From the IMG/VR virus record IMGVR_UViG_3300048925_000129: a stretch of DNA of 64,000 nt. The stretch is one strand, 5' to 3'. Below the pieces are notes generated by a model that was not told the origin of the DNA, made no database searches, and saw only the letters and a program-made list of their open reading frames with translations. Origin of the DNA: a virus. The first letter of the stretch is position 1. Each line of letters begins with the position of its first letter. The position numbers and the translations under genes were made by a program. Of this stretch, positions 1 through 9,170 are shown piece after piece.

Positions 1-289
1 TCCCTGTAGTACCTTCTGGAGATTGAAGCCATTCTTTAAATTTTGATCCATAGTAATCCCCTTGATAAAGGAAACCAAACCTCTTATATATGTCTTCAAA
101 GTCATCCTTATCTGGATGATCATACTCTATTAAAGCCTGAGCAGTAGCAAGAGTCATAATGGTATCATCAGTAAAGGTTGATCTCTCATCATGAATGTTG
201 AACTCAGAAAAATCTCCTTTGTACTTGAACTCGTAGGGCTGTCCTGCTAAATCTCCCAGGATAGCCCCATATAATTTGTTTTGATTCAT
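1..289 (-). CDS. ADP-ribosylglycohydrolase (ARH/DraG family), runs off the left edge of the window
   Basis: Not in the ORF track. Manual translation from ATG at 289 gives MNQNKLYGAILGDLAGQPYEF...FTDDTIMTLATAQAL, matching the family motifs GAxxGDxxGxPxEF and TDDT. Confidence 0.88.
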   Translation of the reverse strand, partial: MNQNKLYGAILGDLAGQPYEFKYKGDFSEFNIHDERSTFTDDTIMTLATAQALIEYDHPDKDDFEDIYKRFGFLYQGDYYGSKFKEWLQSPEGTTG

Positions 290-290
290 A

Positions 291-479
291 TTAACACCAT
301 CTAATCATTTTCTTACAGTGTGGACACATCAAATAGTAATATGTGTCTGTTCCACCTCCATAAGGTTCATTTTCTATTTTTGAGGTCACTTCATTTGGGA
401 AGTATTCAATTATTGCACCACACTCTGAATGAGTTATTCTTTTCTTTTTGGAATTATCCATTCCTACAACTTCTGCCAT
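291..479 (-). CDS. Small zinc-ribbon-like hypothetical protein
   Basis: HxxC...CPHC motif; tightly packed in operon. Confidence 0.55.
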   Translation of the reverse strand: MAEVVGMDNSKKKRITHSECGAIIEYFPNEVTSKIENEPYGGGTDTYYYLMCPHCKKMIRWC

Positions 480-483
480 AATT

Positions 484-696
484 TTAGTTTTGAGGTAAAT
501 AGATCCATCTTATCAGGGATTGTCCAGGCATCACAGCCCCAAAGTCAGCATCTCCCATATCATCCACTGGAATGTTAAAGTAAATTCTTTGAGACTTGGT
601 GTCTGCATAATATAAAGCATTCCCCTTTCTAATGTAAGAAAACCTTGCTTCTGGTTTCTCTTTAAGTAAAATCTTTTTAATTTCTGTCTCTGTCAT
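484..696 (-). CDS. Hypothetical phage protein
   Basis: 70 aa ORF in operon, A-rich start context. Confidence 0.6.
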   Translation of the reverse strand: MTETEIKKILLKEKPEARFSYIRKGNALYYADTKSQRIYFNIPVDDMGDADFGAVMPGQSLIRWIYLPQN

Positions 697-744
697 TTTA
701 TCTCTTTTTATCGTTCGACAATATAAGTAGCATAAAAGCTACAA

Positions 745-1230
745 TTAAAATCCATCCCATCCTTCAATTTCTTCTAAAGATTTAAACAATGGAATTTTGT
801 ACTTGTTACATACAATTTGAACATTTCCACTTCTCCAGAATTCATCTGGACAAACTACCATCAACTTTCCTGAATCAGCAAATAATCCTAACTCTAAAAG
901 AGAAATTGGACTTTGACTATCAGGTAAGAAATGTAATAGGATAAGATCAGCTTTCTCTAAAGCATCTAATTCCCACGTAACTTGCTGAAAGAATTGAGGA
1001 TCTTCAAAAGTTTGTTTCCAACTTGAATCCCAGTCATCTCTTCTTGGAGAGTAGATATCGACATTAAAGCCTTTCAACTCTTCAATCAACTTATTCTGCC
1101 AGTTATCACTATTTCCCATATCAATGGTTCCAGCAAGAAAAATGCTTAATCTTGTTTTGTCTGTTGTTGAGATTAACTCAGGTGCTTTAAACACCTGAGC
1201 CTCTCCTGTACTAACTAATTTCTTTTTCAT
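745..1230 (-). CDS. Nucleoside 2-deoxyribosyltransferase-like protein
   Basis: SIFLAGTIDMG..WQ, PRRDDWD, QVTWEL..LEKAD, SPISLLELGL motifs. Confidence 0.85.
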   Translation of the reverse strand: MKKKLVSTGEAQVFKAPELISTTDKTRLSIFLAGTIDMGNSDNWQNKLIEELKGFNVDIYSPRRDDWDSSWKQTFEDPQFFQQVTWELDALEKADLILLHFLPDSQSPISLLELGLFADSGKLMVVCPDEFWRSGNVQIVCNKYKIPLFKSLEEIEGWDGF

Positions 1231-2961
1231 TTATACTAATTTGTTTACTCGTTCTCTAATTTCAGTTAAACTAACCTGAGAGTGGAACTTACCTTTTGAA
1301 TACAGTACCTTCAGTTCATTATCAACTGCATCTACATCGTCCCAAGTGATTTGATCAATCAACTCTAACTGACCATCTTTGTCAACTACTTTAAGAAGAC
1401 CTTTAGCAGATTTCTTAAGTCCATCATCAGTAATTGGGTCCTTGAAGATTTCAAACCCTACAGTTGTAGGAATTCCAATTCCTCCAGGAAGAGTTTTGTA
1501 CTCAGATCTTTCCACATAAGTTGCTTTCATAGCAAACCCGAAAGTATCTCTGGTGTTGTACTGGTAAGTATAAGAACCAATACCAAATACAACGTTTGTA
1601 GAAGCAAAACCTTTAGCAGCAAGTCGAGCACAAATAGCTTCAGCTCTCTCAGTAGTGATTGAATCTCCATAAATTGCTCCGATGTGTGGATCAAGAACTT
1701 TAAACCCTTGATCATTTACAGTCCCACCAAATACATCCCAAAGTAGCTCTATTACTCCTTTATGTTGAACATGTGGGTGAGCATCAGTTTGTGTAACTCG
1801 AATAATAGATTGTGCATAACGGACATCTACAAAACCATCTTCTACAATTTCTTTTGAGTATTTTTCTCTAACAGCAGTAATAAATTCTGGACCTATTTCT
1901 TTATCAAAGTCTCTCCCACAAAGAATATCAACTGGGTCTCCAGAGTCAGGTCTAATTACTAGTTTACCATCTCTTGCAAGGATTTCCTCTTTCAATGTTG
2001 GTAAAAGGTTTGCACATACATTCCATAAATCCCAAGTATCACTCACTACTGAAAGAATGCCTGTAGGATACGTTTTCAAAAGTCTTCTAAATGTACCAAG
2101 TTCATCTTCTTTAGACCCAGCACACATTACAGAGTGTTCAGTAGCAGGTACAGAACCAGCTAATAACTCAGGCTCATTATAGAAGTGAGCAGCACCCCAC
2201 AAAGTAGGCATAGAATCGGTTCCATAGAAGGAAGTCAAGTGTCCTAGTCCTGAAGCAATTGTAGCATCAACAGAATCTAATCCTCTCATAGAGAAATCAT
2301 GTCCTTGCCAGTTAACAAATTCCATACCATTTTCTACATTGGTTTTTCTTGCCCATTTGGTAAGAATCTTTTTGTAAGCTAAAGCAATTGTAGCTGAAGT
2401 CATCGGTTTCCATAAATATTGACTTAAGATTGATTCCAGGAAGTTCGGCAGCCAGTAGAACTGTGGTAACTCAGGATCATTGTGGATGGTAAGCATTGGT
2501 ACTTTAATAGGACATAGAGTTCCTTCTGCCAGAGATCTAACTTCAATAGGAAGATATCCAGTATCCCAAAGCTCTTCGAAATGATCCATGTTATAAGGAG
2601 CTCCAAAGAATCTTGATAGTTGTTCTCTGATCGGTGCAATAGCAGATTCTTTCAATTGGTTCAATAAACCTTTGTTCATTGTATCTGCAAATCCATTTCC
2701 TGAGTCAATCACAATTTTGTTTCTCTCTTTGGTGAAGAAGAAATTCTCATCAAAATGCTCAACTAATTTCTGAATTGCCATTTGAACTCCGAACACCACA
2801 ACACCATTTAAAGCTTGAACAGCAGCAGGTGCATACTTGTTTCCTCTTGGTGTAAAATTTGAGAACACTAAAGAAGTTCCAATTGGATATTGAGAGTGGT
2901 GGCTTAACTTGTAAGCATCAGTAAGTAAGATTGAGCTAAGTGGATAAGTTTGTCTTGTCAT
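1231..2961 (-). CDS. nadV: Nicotinamide phosphoribosyltransferase family protein (NAMPT/NadV or Namat-like)
   Basis: TDAYKLSH, HDFSMRG, SVPATEHSVM, SVVSDTWD, RPDSGDP, IYGDSIT, FKDPITD, KKSAKG motifs; start moved to MTRQTYP (2961) to avoid overlap with upstream ORF. Confidence 0.93.
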   Translation of the reverse strand: MTRQTYPLSSILLTDAYKLSHHSQYPIGTSLVFSNFTPRGNKYAPAAVQALNGVVVFGVQMAIQKLVEHFDENFFFTKERNKIVIDSGNGFADTMNKGLLNQLKESAIAPIREQLSRFFGAPYNMDHFEELWDTGYLPIEVRSLAEGTLCPIKVPMLTIHNDPELPQFYWLPNFLESILSQYLWKPMTSATIALAYKKILTKWARKTNVENGMEFVNWQGHDFSMRGLDSVDATIASGLGHLTSFYGTDSMPTLWGAAHFYNEPELLAGSVPATEHSVMCAGSKEDELGTFRRLLKTYPTGILSVVSDTWDLWNVCANLLPTLKEEILARDGKLVIRPDSGDPVDILCGRDFDKEIGPEFITAVREKYSKEIVEDGFVDVRYAQSIIRVTQTDAHPHVQHKGVIELLWDVFGGTVNDQGFKVLDPHIGAIYGDSITTERAEAICARLAAKGFASTNVVFGIGSYTYQYNTRDTFGFAMKATYVERSEYKTLPGGIGIPTTVGFEIFKDPITDDGLKKSAKGLLKVVDKDGQLELIDQITWDDVDAVDNELKVLYSKGKFHSQVSLTEIRERVNKLV

Positions 2962-2965
2962 AATT

Positions 2966-3199
2966 TTATTTGTTTTTAATTGTTTGTAATAGTTCTTCAT
3001 TTGTATGATAGAATCCAACCAAAGGAGGGTTCTTTCCAAGCCAGTATTTGTTGTATTTCCAGCAGATGTATCTAATCTGTCCTGCCTCTATTTCTTTCAG
3101 TTTCATGTAGAAATTGGTTTTGGACCAGCCTGTACGTTGATGAAAGAAAGACAGTAATTCTTTGTTTACATCAGTAAACCCTATCTTTGGTATTTCCAT
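2966..3199 (-). CDS. Hypothetical protein, probably on a leaderless mRNA
   Basis: ATG (MEIPKIG) lies 5 nt after the -7 promoter element; the longer ORF-track start falls inside the promoter/terminator. Confidence 0.55.
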   Translation of the reverse strand: MEIPKIGFTDVNKELLSFFHQRTGWSKTNFYMKLKEIEAGQIRYICWKYNKYWLGKNPPLVGFYHTNEELLQTIKNK

Positions 3200-3203
3200 G
3201 ATG

Positions 3204-3260
3204 CAAATGTATGCAAAAAAAATGAGACTCACAAGAGTCTCACTGTTAAAATTTTGTTAA
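3204..3260 (-). promoter_or_regulatory. Fused terminator-promoter: TTAACA-N5-TTAACA box, hairpin with -33 TTG in its loop, U-tract spacer, -7 TACATTTG
   Basis: Minus strand TTAACAAAATTTTAACAGTGAGACTCTTGTGAGTCTCATTTTTTTTGCATACATTTG; 46 bp identical to 40287-40332. Confidence 0.85.
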
Positions 3261-3263
3261 AGT

Positions 3264-4088
3264 TTAAGAATTGAGTAGATCTTCTTTAATTTTATGGACC
3301 AAATCATAATGCATTACTGTCATTTCATTGTTCCAAGCTAAACCCATTTCCTTTAAGTCGTATTGCTTTACGATGGTTCCGTAGTTTTGTAGCTGCCCCT
3401 CAATGGTAGGATATCCTACAACATATATACTGTCAGCTAATTCTACGGCAAGTTCCAGGTCATGGGTAGAGAAGATGATTGTGTTGAATTCATTTTCACT
3501 GGCAATTCTCTTGAAAGCATGTTTAACACTCTCAATGTTACCGACATCCAGTCCACTGAAAGGCTCATCCATAATGATGAAATTCTCAGAGCTGAACATT
3601 TGTTCAAGAATGGCAACCCTTTGTCTCTGTCCTCCCGACAGTTGACTTGGGTATTTGTTCAAATGATCTAACAGTCCCCACTCAGTTACAGAGTCGTTGA
3701 TCTTTTTCAGTTTATCTTCTTTACTAAGCTCTGAATTTCTCAGGGCAAATAGTAAAGCCTCCTTTACCGTTTTGTTTCTGAAGAGTGTGTACTTTTGATT
3801 AACGAAGCCTACATCACCCTCTTCAACGATCTTAGCTTTACTAGGATCACCATGTTCTGGTATAAGGATCGTACCTGTACAAGGTTTTACCAAACCAGTC
3901 AGAACTTTAAAAAGTGTGGACTTACCTCTTCCTGACCTACCAACAATGGCAATAATTTGTCCTGTAATAGTTCCCTCCCGAACAACATCTTTCTCAATCA
4001 TGTTGATGTTCTTGATCACATCTCTTCCATCATATTGTACACTAACGTTTTCTGCATAGAGTACTGTACTTTCTAATTTATAATCCAT
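3264..4088 (-). CDS. ABC transporter ATP-binding subunit (TauB/SsuB-like)
   Basis: Walker A GRSGRGKST, signature LSGGQRQR, Walker B IIMDEPF, H-loop STHD. Confidence 0.95.
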   Translation of the reverse strand: MDYKLESTVLYAENVSVQYDGRDVIKNINMIEKDVVREGTITGQIIAIVGRSGRGKSTLFKVLTGLVKPCTGTILIPEHGDPSKAKIVEEGDVGFVNQKYTLFRNKTVKEALLFALRNSELSKEDKLKKINDSVTEWGLLDHLNKYPSQLSGGQRQRVAILEQMFSSENFIIMDEPFSGLDVGNIESVKHAFKRIASENEFNTIIFSTHDLELAVELADSIYVVGYPTIEGQLQNYGTIVKQYDLKEMGLAWNNEMTVMHYDLVHKIKEDLLNS

Positions 4089-4091
4089 AGT

Positions 4092-4232
4092 TTAATAGTT
4101 TTGAAGTTTGTCGTAAATCAATTTTATTGAATAGTCAGAAATTTGTTCTACTGTTGTCCAGGCTTCATCATAAGCTAGTTTCTTTTTTCTATGATAAGGT
4201 AGACTGTTCCACCATTTGATGTGTGCCTCCAT
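4092..4232 (-). CDS. 46-aa hypothetical protein between permease and ATPase genes
   Basis: Manual translation MEAHIKWWNSLPYHRKKKLAYDEAWTTVEQISDYSIKLIYDKLQNY; fills the intergenic gap exactly. Confidence 0.55.
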   Translation of the reverse strand: MEAHIKWWNSLPYHRKKKLAYDEAWTTVEQISDYSIKLIYDKLQNY

Positions 4233-4234
4233 AG

Positions 4235-5005
4235 TTAAAATGTTGAATAAGTGAATAAACGTTTTCTTAAGAAATTCAATCCAGCATTCAATAGAACACC
4301 TATGAACAGGATAACCAACTGAAGAGCAATGATCTTACTGTGATTCATAAACTTATCTGAGTTTTTGATAAGGAACCCAAGACCCCCAGAAGCTGCCAGG
4401 ATAGACTCAACCGTAACGATCATCATCCATACAATAGCCAAATTCTGTCTGATTACATCAAATAGGTAATCCAACCTTCCTTTAATGACAACTTCCCAAA
4501 GAACTTCCCAACGAGAGCATTTAAGGGTCCTTGCATGATCTATCTCCTCCTCTGGGATATCTTTGATCATTGCAAGTAGAGAAGTGGTTAAATAGGTACT
4601 CATAAAGATTACCAGGACCCACACTTGCATTGTTCTTGCACTCTCGATCATCATGGCTAGATAAAATGTAATTCCAGTAAGTGGTAGAAACCTAAGCTGA
4701 CTTAAAAAAGTTGAAATAGGTTTCAACAGAGGAATTGGAGATAGATAAGCTATGATTGACGAAATGACAATAGAAATAGCAATTGACGAGAAGCATAGTG
4801 ACAAGGAGCTGAATATATGTGGTACTAAACCTTGATGAAGCAGAGCTACAAAACCACTCCCTACACTAGCTATTGAAGGAAACAGGCTTGTACCAGTAGC
4901 ACTGTAAACTGTCCATGTTAGTAAAATTAATAGAAACCATCCTAAGTAGATGAAAGTTTCCTGTCGTTTCGTTGGTGTATTGAATGGTTTTAGTAGCTTT
5001 TTCAT
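4235..5005 (-). CDS. ABC transporter permease (TauC/SsuC-like)
   Basis: About 6 hydrophobic helices, EAA-loop-like EEIDHARTLKCSRWEVLWEVVI, and ESILAASGGLGFLI motif. Confidence 0.9.
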   Translation of the reverse strand: MKKLLKPFNTPTKRQETFIYLGWFLLILLTWTVYSATGTSLFPSIASVGSGFVALLHQGLVPHIFSSLSLCFSSIAISIVISSIIAYLSPIPLLKPISTFLSQLRFLPLTGITFYLAMMIESARTMQVWVLVIFMSTYLTTSLLAMIKDIPEEEIDHARTLKCSRWEVLWEVVIKGRLDYLFDVIRQNLAIVWMMIVTVESILAASGGLGFLIKNSDKFMNHSKIIALQLVILFIGVLLNAGLNFLRKRLFTYSTF

Positions 5006-5006
5006 T

Positions 5007-5435
5007 TTATTTAAAGTTGAATGTTAGACCTGCTGTGATGTAGTTTTTGGTGTTCCAGTTGCTAAATTGCAAATAAGGTGAAACTGGACCGAATGATTTT
5101 GAAACCCCGAAACCGTACTCTAAAAATAGATTGTAGTTATCGAAGTAACTTCCGACTCCTAAAAGAACATAAGGATCAACTTGGTTGAAGTTCAAGGTAT
5201 AGGCAATCTTTCCCTCATACCAGAACTTATCAAAGTTAAGATCATTTGTACCCAGTACTACCCCATAGCTGAAGTTGTTCTTTGTGTACCCTCCTTCTAC
5301 AGAGTAGAATGAAGAATTCTTGAAATCATTGGAATTTGTAACAGATAGCCCTGTTGAAGCATAGAAATTTCCTTTTTCTTGTGAGTAAAGACTCATTGAT
5401 ACCATTGCAAATGCTGCAAGTAATAGTTTTTTCAT
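5007..5435 (-). CDS. Outer-membrane beta-barrel protein (probably 8-stranded)
   Basis: Sec signal peptide, alternating aromatic/Gly strands, C-terminal beta-signal-like AGLTFNFK. Confidence 0.75.
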   Translation of the reverse strand: MKKLLLAAFAMVSMSLYSQEKGNFYASTGLSVTNSNDFKNSSFYSVEGGYTKNNFSYGVVLGTNDLNFDKFWYEGKIAYTLNFNQVDPYVLLGVGSYFDNYNLFLEYGFGVSKSFGPVSPYLQFSNWNTKNYITAGLTFNFK

Positions 5436-5448
5436 ATAATTTTAAATT

Positions 5449-5470
5449 TAAAAGGGGGAATTTCACCCCC
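5449..5470 (-). terminator. Internal intrinsic terminator/attenuator after the SBP-OmpA gene
   Basis: Minus strand GGGGG-TGAAATT-CCCCC followed by TTTT. Confidence 0.6.
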
Positions 5471-5479
5471 ATTGTTGTT

Positions 5480-7294
5480 TTATTTTAAGAAAGTGATTAC
5501 CACTCTTCTATTTTTAGCCTTACCTTCTGCTGTTGTATTGTCAGCTAAAGGCTGAGAGTCTCCTTTTCCAGAAACAGTTTGGAATCTGTTAGCAGGAATT
5601 CCTCTTCTTTGTAGTTCTGCAACTACTGCATTAGCTCTGGACTCAGATAATGACTGATTTGCAGTTGAATTACCAGTGTTATCAGTATGACCAACAACTT
5701 CTAGCTTAGAATCTTCAGCTTGAATTAACAAGTTATAGATTTTTTCAACATCTGCACTAGAACTTGATTTGATATTTGAGCTACCAGTGTCAAAATTAAT
5801 ATTCCATTCCCCAGAAGCCATTACAGTTGAAGCTGATTTTGAATAATCTGCCTTGTAAGCCTGACCACTTTCAACATCATTGATGTTTTTTAGGAAGTAT
5901 AAGTTAACGGCTTGCTCATATGGAGTCACATTTTTAACATTAGCATTGAAATCGAATGGGTTTAGAGTAGTAAGATAGTTAGATACCTGGGTATATACTG
6001 CCTTATACCTGTTTACCCCATCGGTAATACCATAGTACTGCATTGCATCTTGATAATTAAATACCCTAGTTCCACCCATGTTATAAGAGATACCACCTTT
6101 AGATCCTGTTTGACCTTTAAACATGTTATACCAGTACTCAGGAGTTTCTAAGTTGAAAGTCTTAGCTGTAGTCTCAGAAGCAAACTTTCTCCACTCATCA
6201 TACTGCTTCATTTGGTTTGTAGCTGTATACGTAGCCTTTAAAATACCAGAGATAATGTTTGGATTCTTATCAGCAAACTCTTTCACTACAATCAAGGTAG
6301 TTGGCATCTGGTTGTTGAACTCTCTTGTAGAAACGATATCAGTAAATCCTGACAACTTATCAAATACCATCTTGTCTCCAGGAGTCCAAGTAGCACATCC
6401 GTCAACTTTCTTATTGATGGTTTTACCTGTCAATTTACCATCTTTAACCTCTTTCAAAGGAACCGACCATCCAGCAGACTGAGACTTGATTAATTCTTCA
6501 GCAGATTTAGTATAGTCATCATTTTCCGAAGCAACGAAGTTCACAGCTTCAGGATCATAAGTTGTATTATCTGGGTTTACTTTAAGACCGTTAGCAAAAG
6601 CATAGTTCACAGCAATTACCCAGTCACCATCTCCAAGAACGGCAGAGATCAAAGCTCCTTTCATTGATTTTGGATCAGTCTTCCAGTTAAGTGGACCAAT
6701 CAACTTGTCCTCACCATAACTCAACCCTACAGCACCAACGACTTGTACATGATATTTATCCTTTCCGAATTTTTCATCTAAAGCCTGATTCATTGTAGAG
6801 ATGTAATATGGAGCACCATCACCCATGATAATTACACCCAGTGCTGCTTTGTCAGAAGTAGGAACGGCTTTACCACCATTCAACTCTTCTACAAATTTCA
6901 TCTGCATGTTCATAAGTTCTTTAACCCAATCTTGTCTAACTAGAGATAGATTAACGTTATTTTGCTCCATAAGTGATCCTTTTGTAGTCTCAGGACCACC
7001 ATTAGCAGCCGTTACTCCTGACCAACCATTCCAGGCATAACCTGCAATTCTAATCTTTGGTTGAGATTCAACCTTAGAAGAAAGAGAAGTAGATGGAAGA
7101 TCTAACTTTGCAGAAGTCTTCACATTGTCTACACTGTTTCCATCAATTGTAAGACCAGCACTTGTTACTGAATCTTGAACTCTTAATCCTGGAGCAAAGA
7201 AGTATACGGCTCCCAAGATCATAGCTAACCCTACAACGGCAATAAGTGCCTCCGAAAATGTTGTTAGTTTTTTTGATTTAAAAATTTTACCCAT
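5480..7294 (-). CDS. Membrane-anchored ABC substrate-binding protein (PBP2, NMT1/SsuA-like) fused to a C-terminal OmpA peptidoglycan-binding domain
   Basis: N-terminal TM helix; OmpA_C motifs INFDTGSS, GHTD, LSESRANAV, NRRV; central domain with DGCATWTP...VSTREF resembles type II periplasmic binding proteins; adjacent permease and ATPase. Confidence 0.82.
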   Translation of the reverse strand: MGKIFKSKKLTTFSEALIAVVGLAMILGAVYFFAPGLRVQDSVTSAGLTIDGNSVDNVKTSAKLDLPSTSLSSKVESQPKIRIAGYAWNGWSGVTAANGGPETTKGSLMEQNNVNLSLVRQDWVKELMNMQMKFVEELNGGKAVPTSDKAALGVIIMGDGAPYYISTMNQALDEKFGKDKYHVQVVGAVGLSYGEDKLIGPLNWKTDPKSMKGALISAVLGDGDWVIAVNYAFANGLKVNPDNTTYDPEAVNFVASENDDYTKSAEELIKSQSAGWSVPLKEVKDGKLTGKTINKKVDGCATWTPGDKMVFDKLSGFTDIVSTREFNNQMPTTLIVVKEFADKNPNIISGILKATYTATNQMKQYDEWRKFASETTAKTFNLETPEYWYNMFKGQTGSKGGISYNMGGTRVFNYQDAMQYYGITDGVNRYKAVYTQVSNYLTTLNPFDFNANVKNVTPYEQAVNLYFLKNINDVESGQAYKADYSKSASTVMASGEWNINFDTGSSNIKSSSSADVEKIYNLLIQAEDSKLEVVGHTDNTGNSTANQSLSESRANAVVAELQRRGIPANRFQTVSGKGDSQPLADNTTAEGKAKNRRVVITFLK

Positions 7295-7324
7295 TGTTTT
7301 GTAATTTTATCTTTTGTTTGTTTA

Positions 7325-8455
7325 TTAAAATAAGTTCCCGAAACCACCTGATGATTGTTTATCAGATTCGGTCAGCCTGTAATTAGGACTTGAATATTGT
7401 TTAGCTTGAGGAACAACATCTTGTCCACCAGAAATCTTGTTAGCCAAGGTATCTAGTTTGTTGAACATTTCATCATTATCCATGCTGTACTCACTTGTAA
7501 GCTTGTCAATGTCTAAAAGGTTCTCAGAAGTTCTAGCCAAGTCTAATGAAATTGTACTAGTTACAACTTCCATTGCATAATCTAACTGCCAGTCTTTAGT
7601 GAACTGCATGGCTGATTTAGCTGCATCTGTAGCATCTTTCGAGTTCTTAGCAAACTGATAATCTTTCTTCAACATGTCAATTGTTACATCGAAATCTTGG
7701 ATTTTGATATCCATAGCAGTTTCAGCCTTAGAAAGATTTCTATCTAATTTAGCCATAACGTTTGCTCTGGTTCCATATTTCTGAACGAAAGATTTACTTT
7801 GAGCTAATTGATAGTCAAGTCTCTGACCTTCAGATAGTTTCTTCATAAGCTCATTATCAATCTCAGTGATCTCATCTGAGTCTACATAACCTGCTCCATG
7901 CTGCTTAAGTAATTCGTCTCTCTTGTTTCTAAGTTTAAGGCAGTAATTCCTAATCGAGGTAATTCTATCCTGACAATCCTTACTATCTCCCTCACTCTTA
8001 TAAGCTTCACTTTGCATGGTAGTTTTAAGAGCTTTGATTTTAGCCTTAGATTCTTTGAACTTAAGTCTTTGAGCAAGCATCTTAGCTTTCTGATCTTCTA
8101 ATTCACCAAATGGGTCCTCTCTTATCAATGCTTTCTCAGAGTTTTTAGCAAACCTCTTTAATGCTTTTATGATAGTAGGAAATAAGAAGAATAGTCCAAT
8201 TGCTGCTACTCCTGTAGCTGCCAGGGCTAAGAATTGACCTAACATAATCATTACTGGGGGAAGAATATATGTCCAAACTAAATACCCTCCTCCTATGACA
8301 CCAGCCGTAGCTACTGTTCCAAATACAGCCTTACCGACTGGTTTCAACTGTCCCCCACCTTGAGGGTTCAGTACAATCTCCCCATTATCCTTATTAAAGT
8401 GTTGTAAAATAGGATAATTCAATACTTTTTCTTGTACAAAATCTTGTTGTTGCAT
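7325..8455 (-). CDS. Membrane-anchored long coiled-coil protein (PspA/TelA-like architecture)
   Basis: Two N-terminal hydrophobic helices followed by ~270 aa of heptad-rich helical sequence; family assignment is inference. Confidence 0.6.
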   Translation of the reverse strand: MQQQDFVQEKVLNYPILQHFNKDNGEIVLNPQGGGQLKPVGKAVFGTVATAGVIGGGYLVWTYILPPVMIMLGQFLALAATGVAAIGLFFLFPTIIKALKRFAKNSEKALIREDPFGELEDQKAKMLAQRLKFKESKAKIKALKTTMQSEAYKSEGDSKDCQDRITSIRNYCLKLRNKRDELLKQHGAGYVDSDEITEIDNELMKKLSEGQRLDYQLAQSKSFVQKYGTRANVMAKLDRNLSKAETAMDIKIQDFDVTIDMLKKDYQFAKNSKDATDAAKSAMQFTKDWQLDYAMEVVTSTISLDLARTSENLLDIDKLTSEYSMDNDEMFNKLDTLANKISGGQDVVPQAKQYSSPNYRLTESDKQSSGGFGNLF

Positions 8456-8456
8456 A

Positions 8457-9149
8457 TTATTTTAAGTAATTTTTAATGTTATTTGCCACTTCTTCTAATG
8501 AAGAAACTAATTCATTTCTGGCAATTTGGTTTGCTTGAAGTTTCAAATTCACTTCAGATAACATAGGATCATACTGTGAATCTATGTTGCTGAGCTGAGC
8601 TGTCTTTCTTTCTAACTCGGATTGTAACCTTGAAATCTCTGCCTGAGTAGCTTCAATCTCTCCTTTAAGACCCATTTTGCTTTGGTTTTTCTGAGCCTCT
8701 ATTTCAGAAGCCTTTGCTCGACCTGCTGTCTCAAACTGAGTGAACACTTTGTTGATTTCAGTAATGTAGAACTGAGAATCGGAGGACAGACTTTCTGGAG
8801 AAATGCTGGGATTCATTGATTTACCTAATGTGTAAGCCATCTTATATGAATCAGCATTGGTCCCGTTGATAGATTTTATAGACTGGTAATACTCGAAGAA
8901 ATCATATCCTTCTCTGTTAAGGGTGTTGAACCCATTTCTGTAAGTCTCTTGAACCGTTGCTAAGACTGTTGCTAAAGCTCCAGTATCTACCGATACAGAT
9001 GAAGTTGGCATTTCAGTTGGCATACTAGATGGGATATAAGGAGTCCCACTAGACGGCATTGAAGACGGCATTGTTTTAGGAGCTTCTTTTTTAACTTCAG
9101 GTTTTTTATCACCATCGTCTCCTGTTATAAATAAATCTTTGAATCCCAT
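8457..9149 (-). CDS. Coiled-coil protein, first gene of the ABC/OmpA operon
   Basis: GFKDLFI N-terminus, Pro/Ser linker, GYDFFEY motif, C-terminal coiled coil. Confidence 0.7.
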   Translation of the reverse strand: MGFKDLFITGDDGDKKPEVKKEAPKTMPSSMPSSGTPYIPSSMPTEMPTSSVSVDTGALATVLATVQETYRNGFNTLNREGYDFFEYYQSIKSINGTNADSYKMAYTLGKSMNPSISPESLSSDSQFYITEINKVFTQFETAGRAKASEIEAQKNQSKMGLKGEIEATQAEISRLQSELERKTAQLSNIDSQYDPMLSEVNLKLQANQIARNELVSSLEEVANNIKNYLK

Positions 9150-9170
9150 TGTTTAGTAATTTTGATAGTG

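Noticed and set aside
3264-9149. Host chromosomal contamination or prophage boundary at the ABC operon
   Set aside because: The operon is flanked by the same phage-specific boxed promoter cassettes found throughout the window and shares strand and composition with its neighbours.
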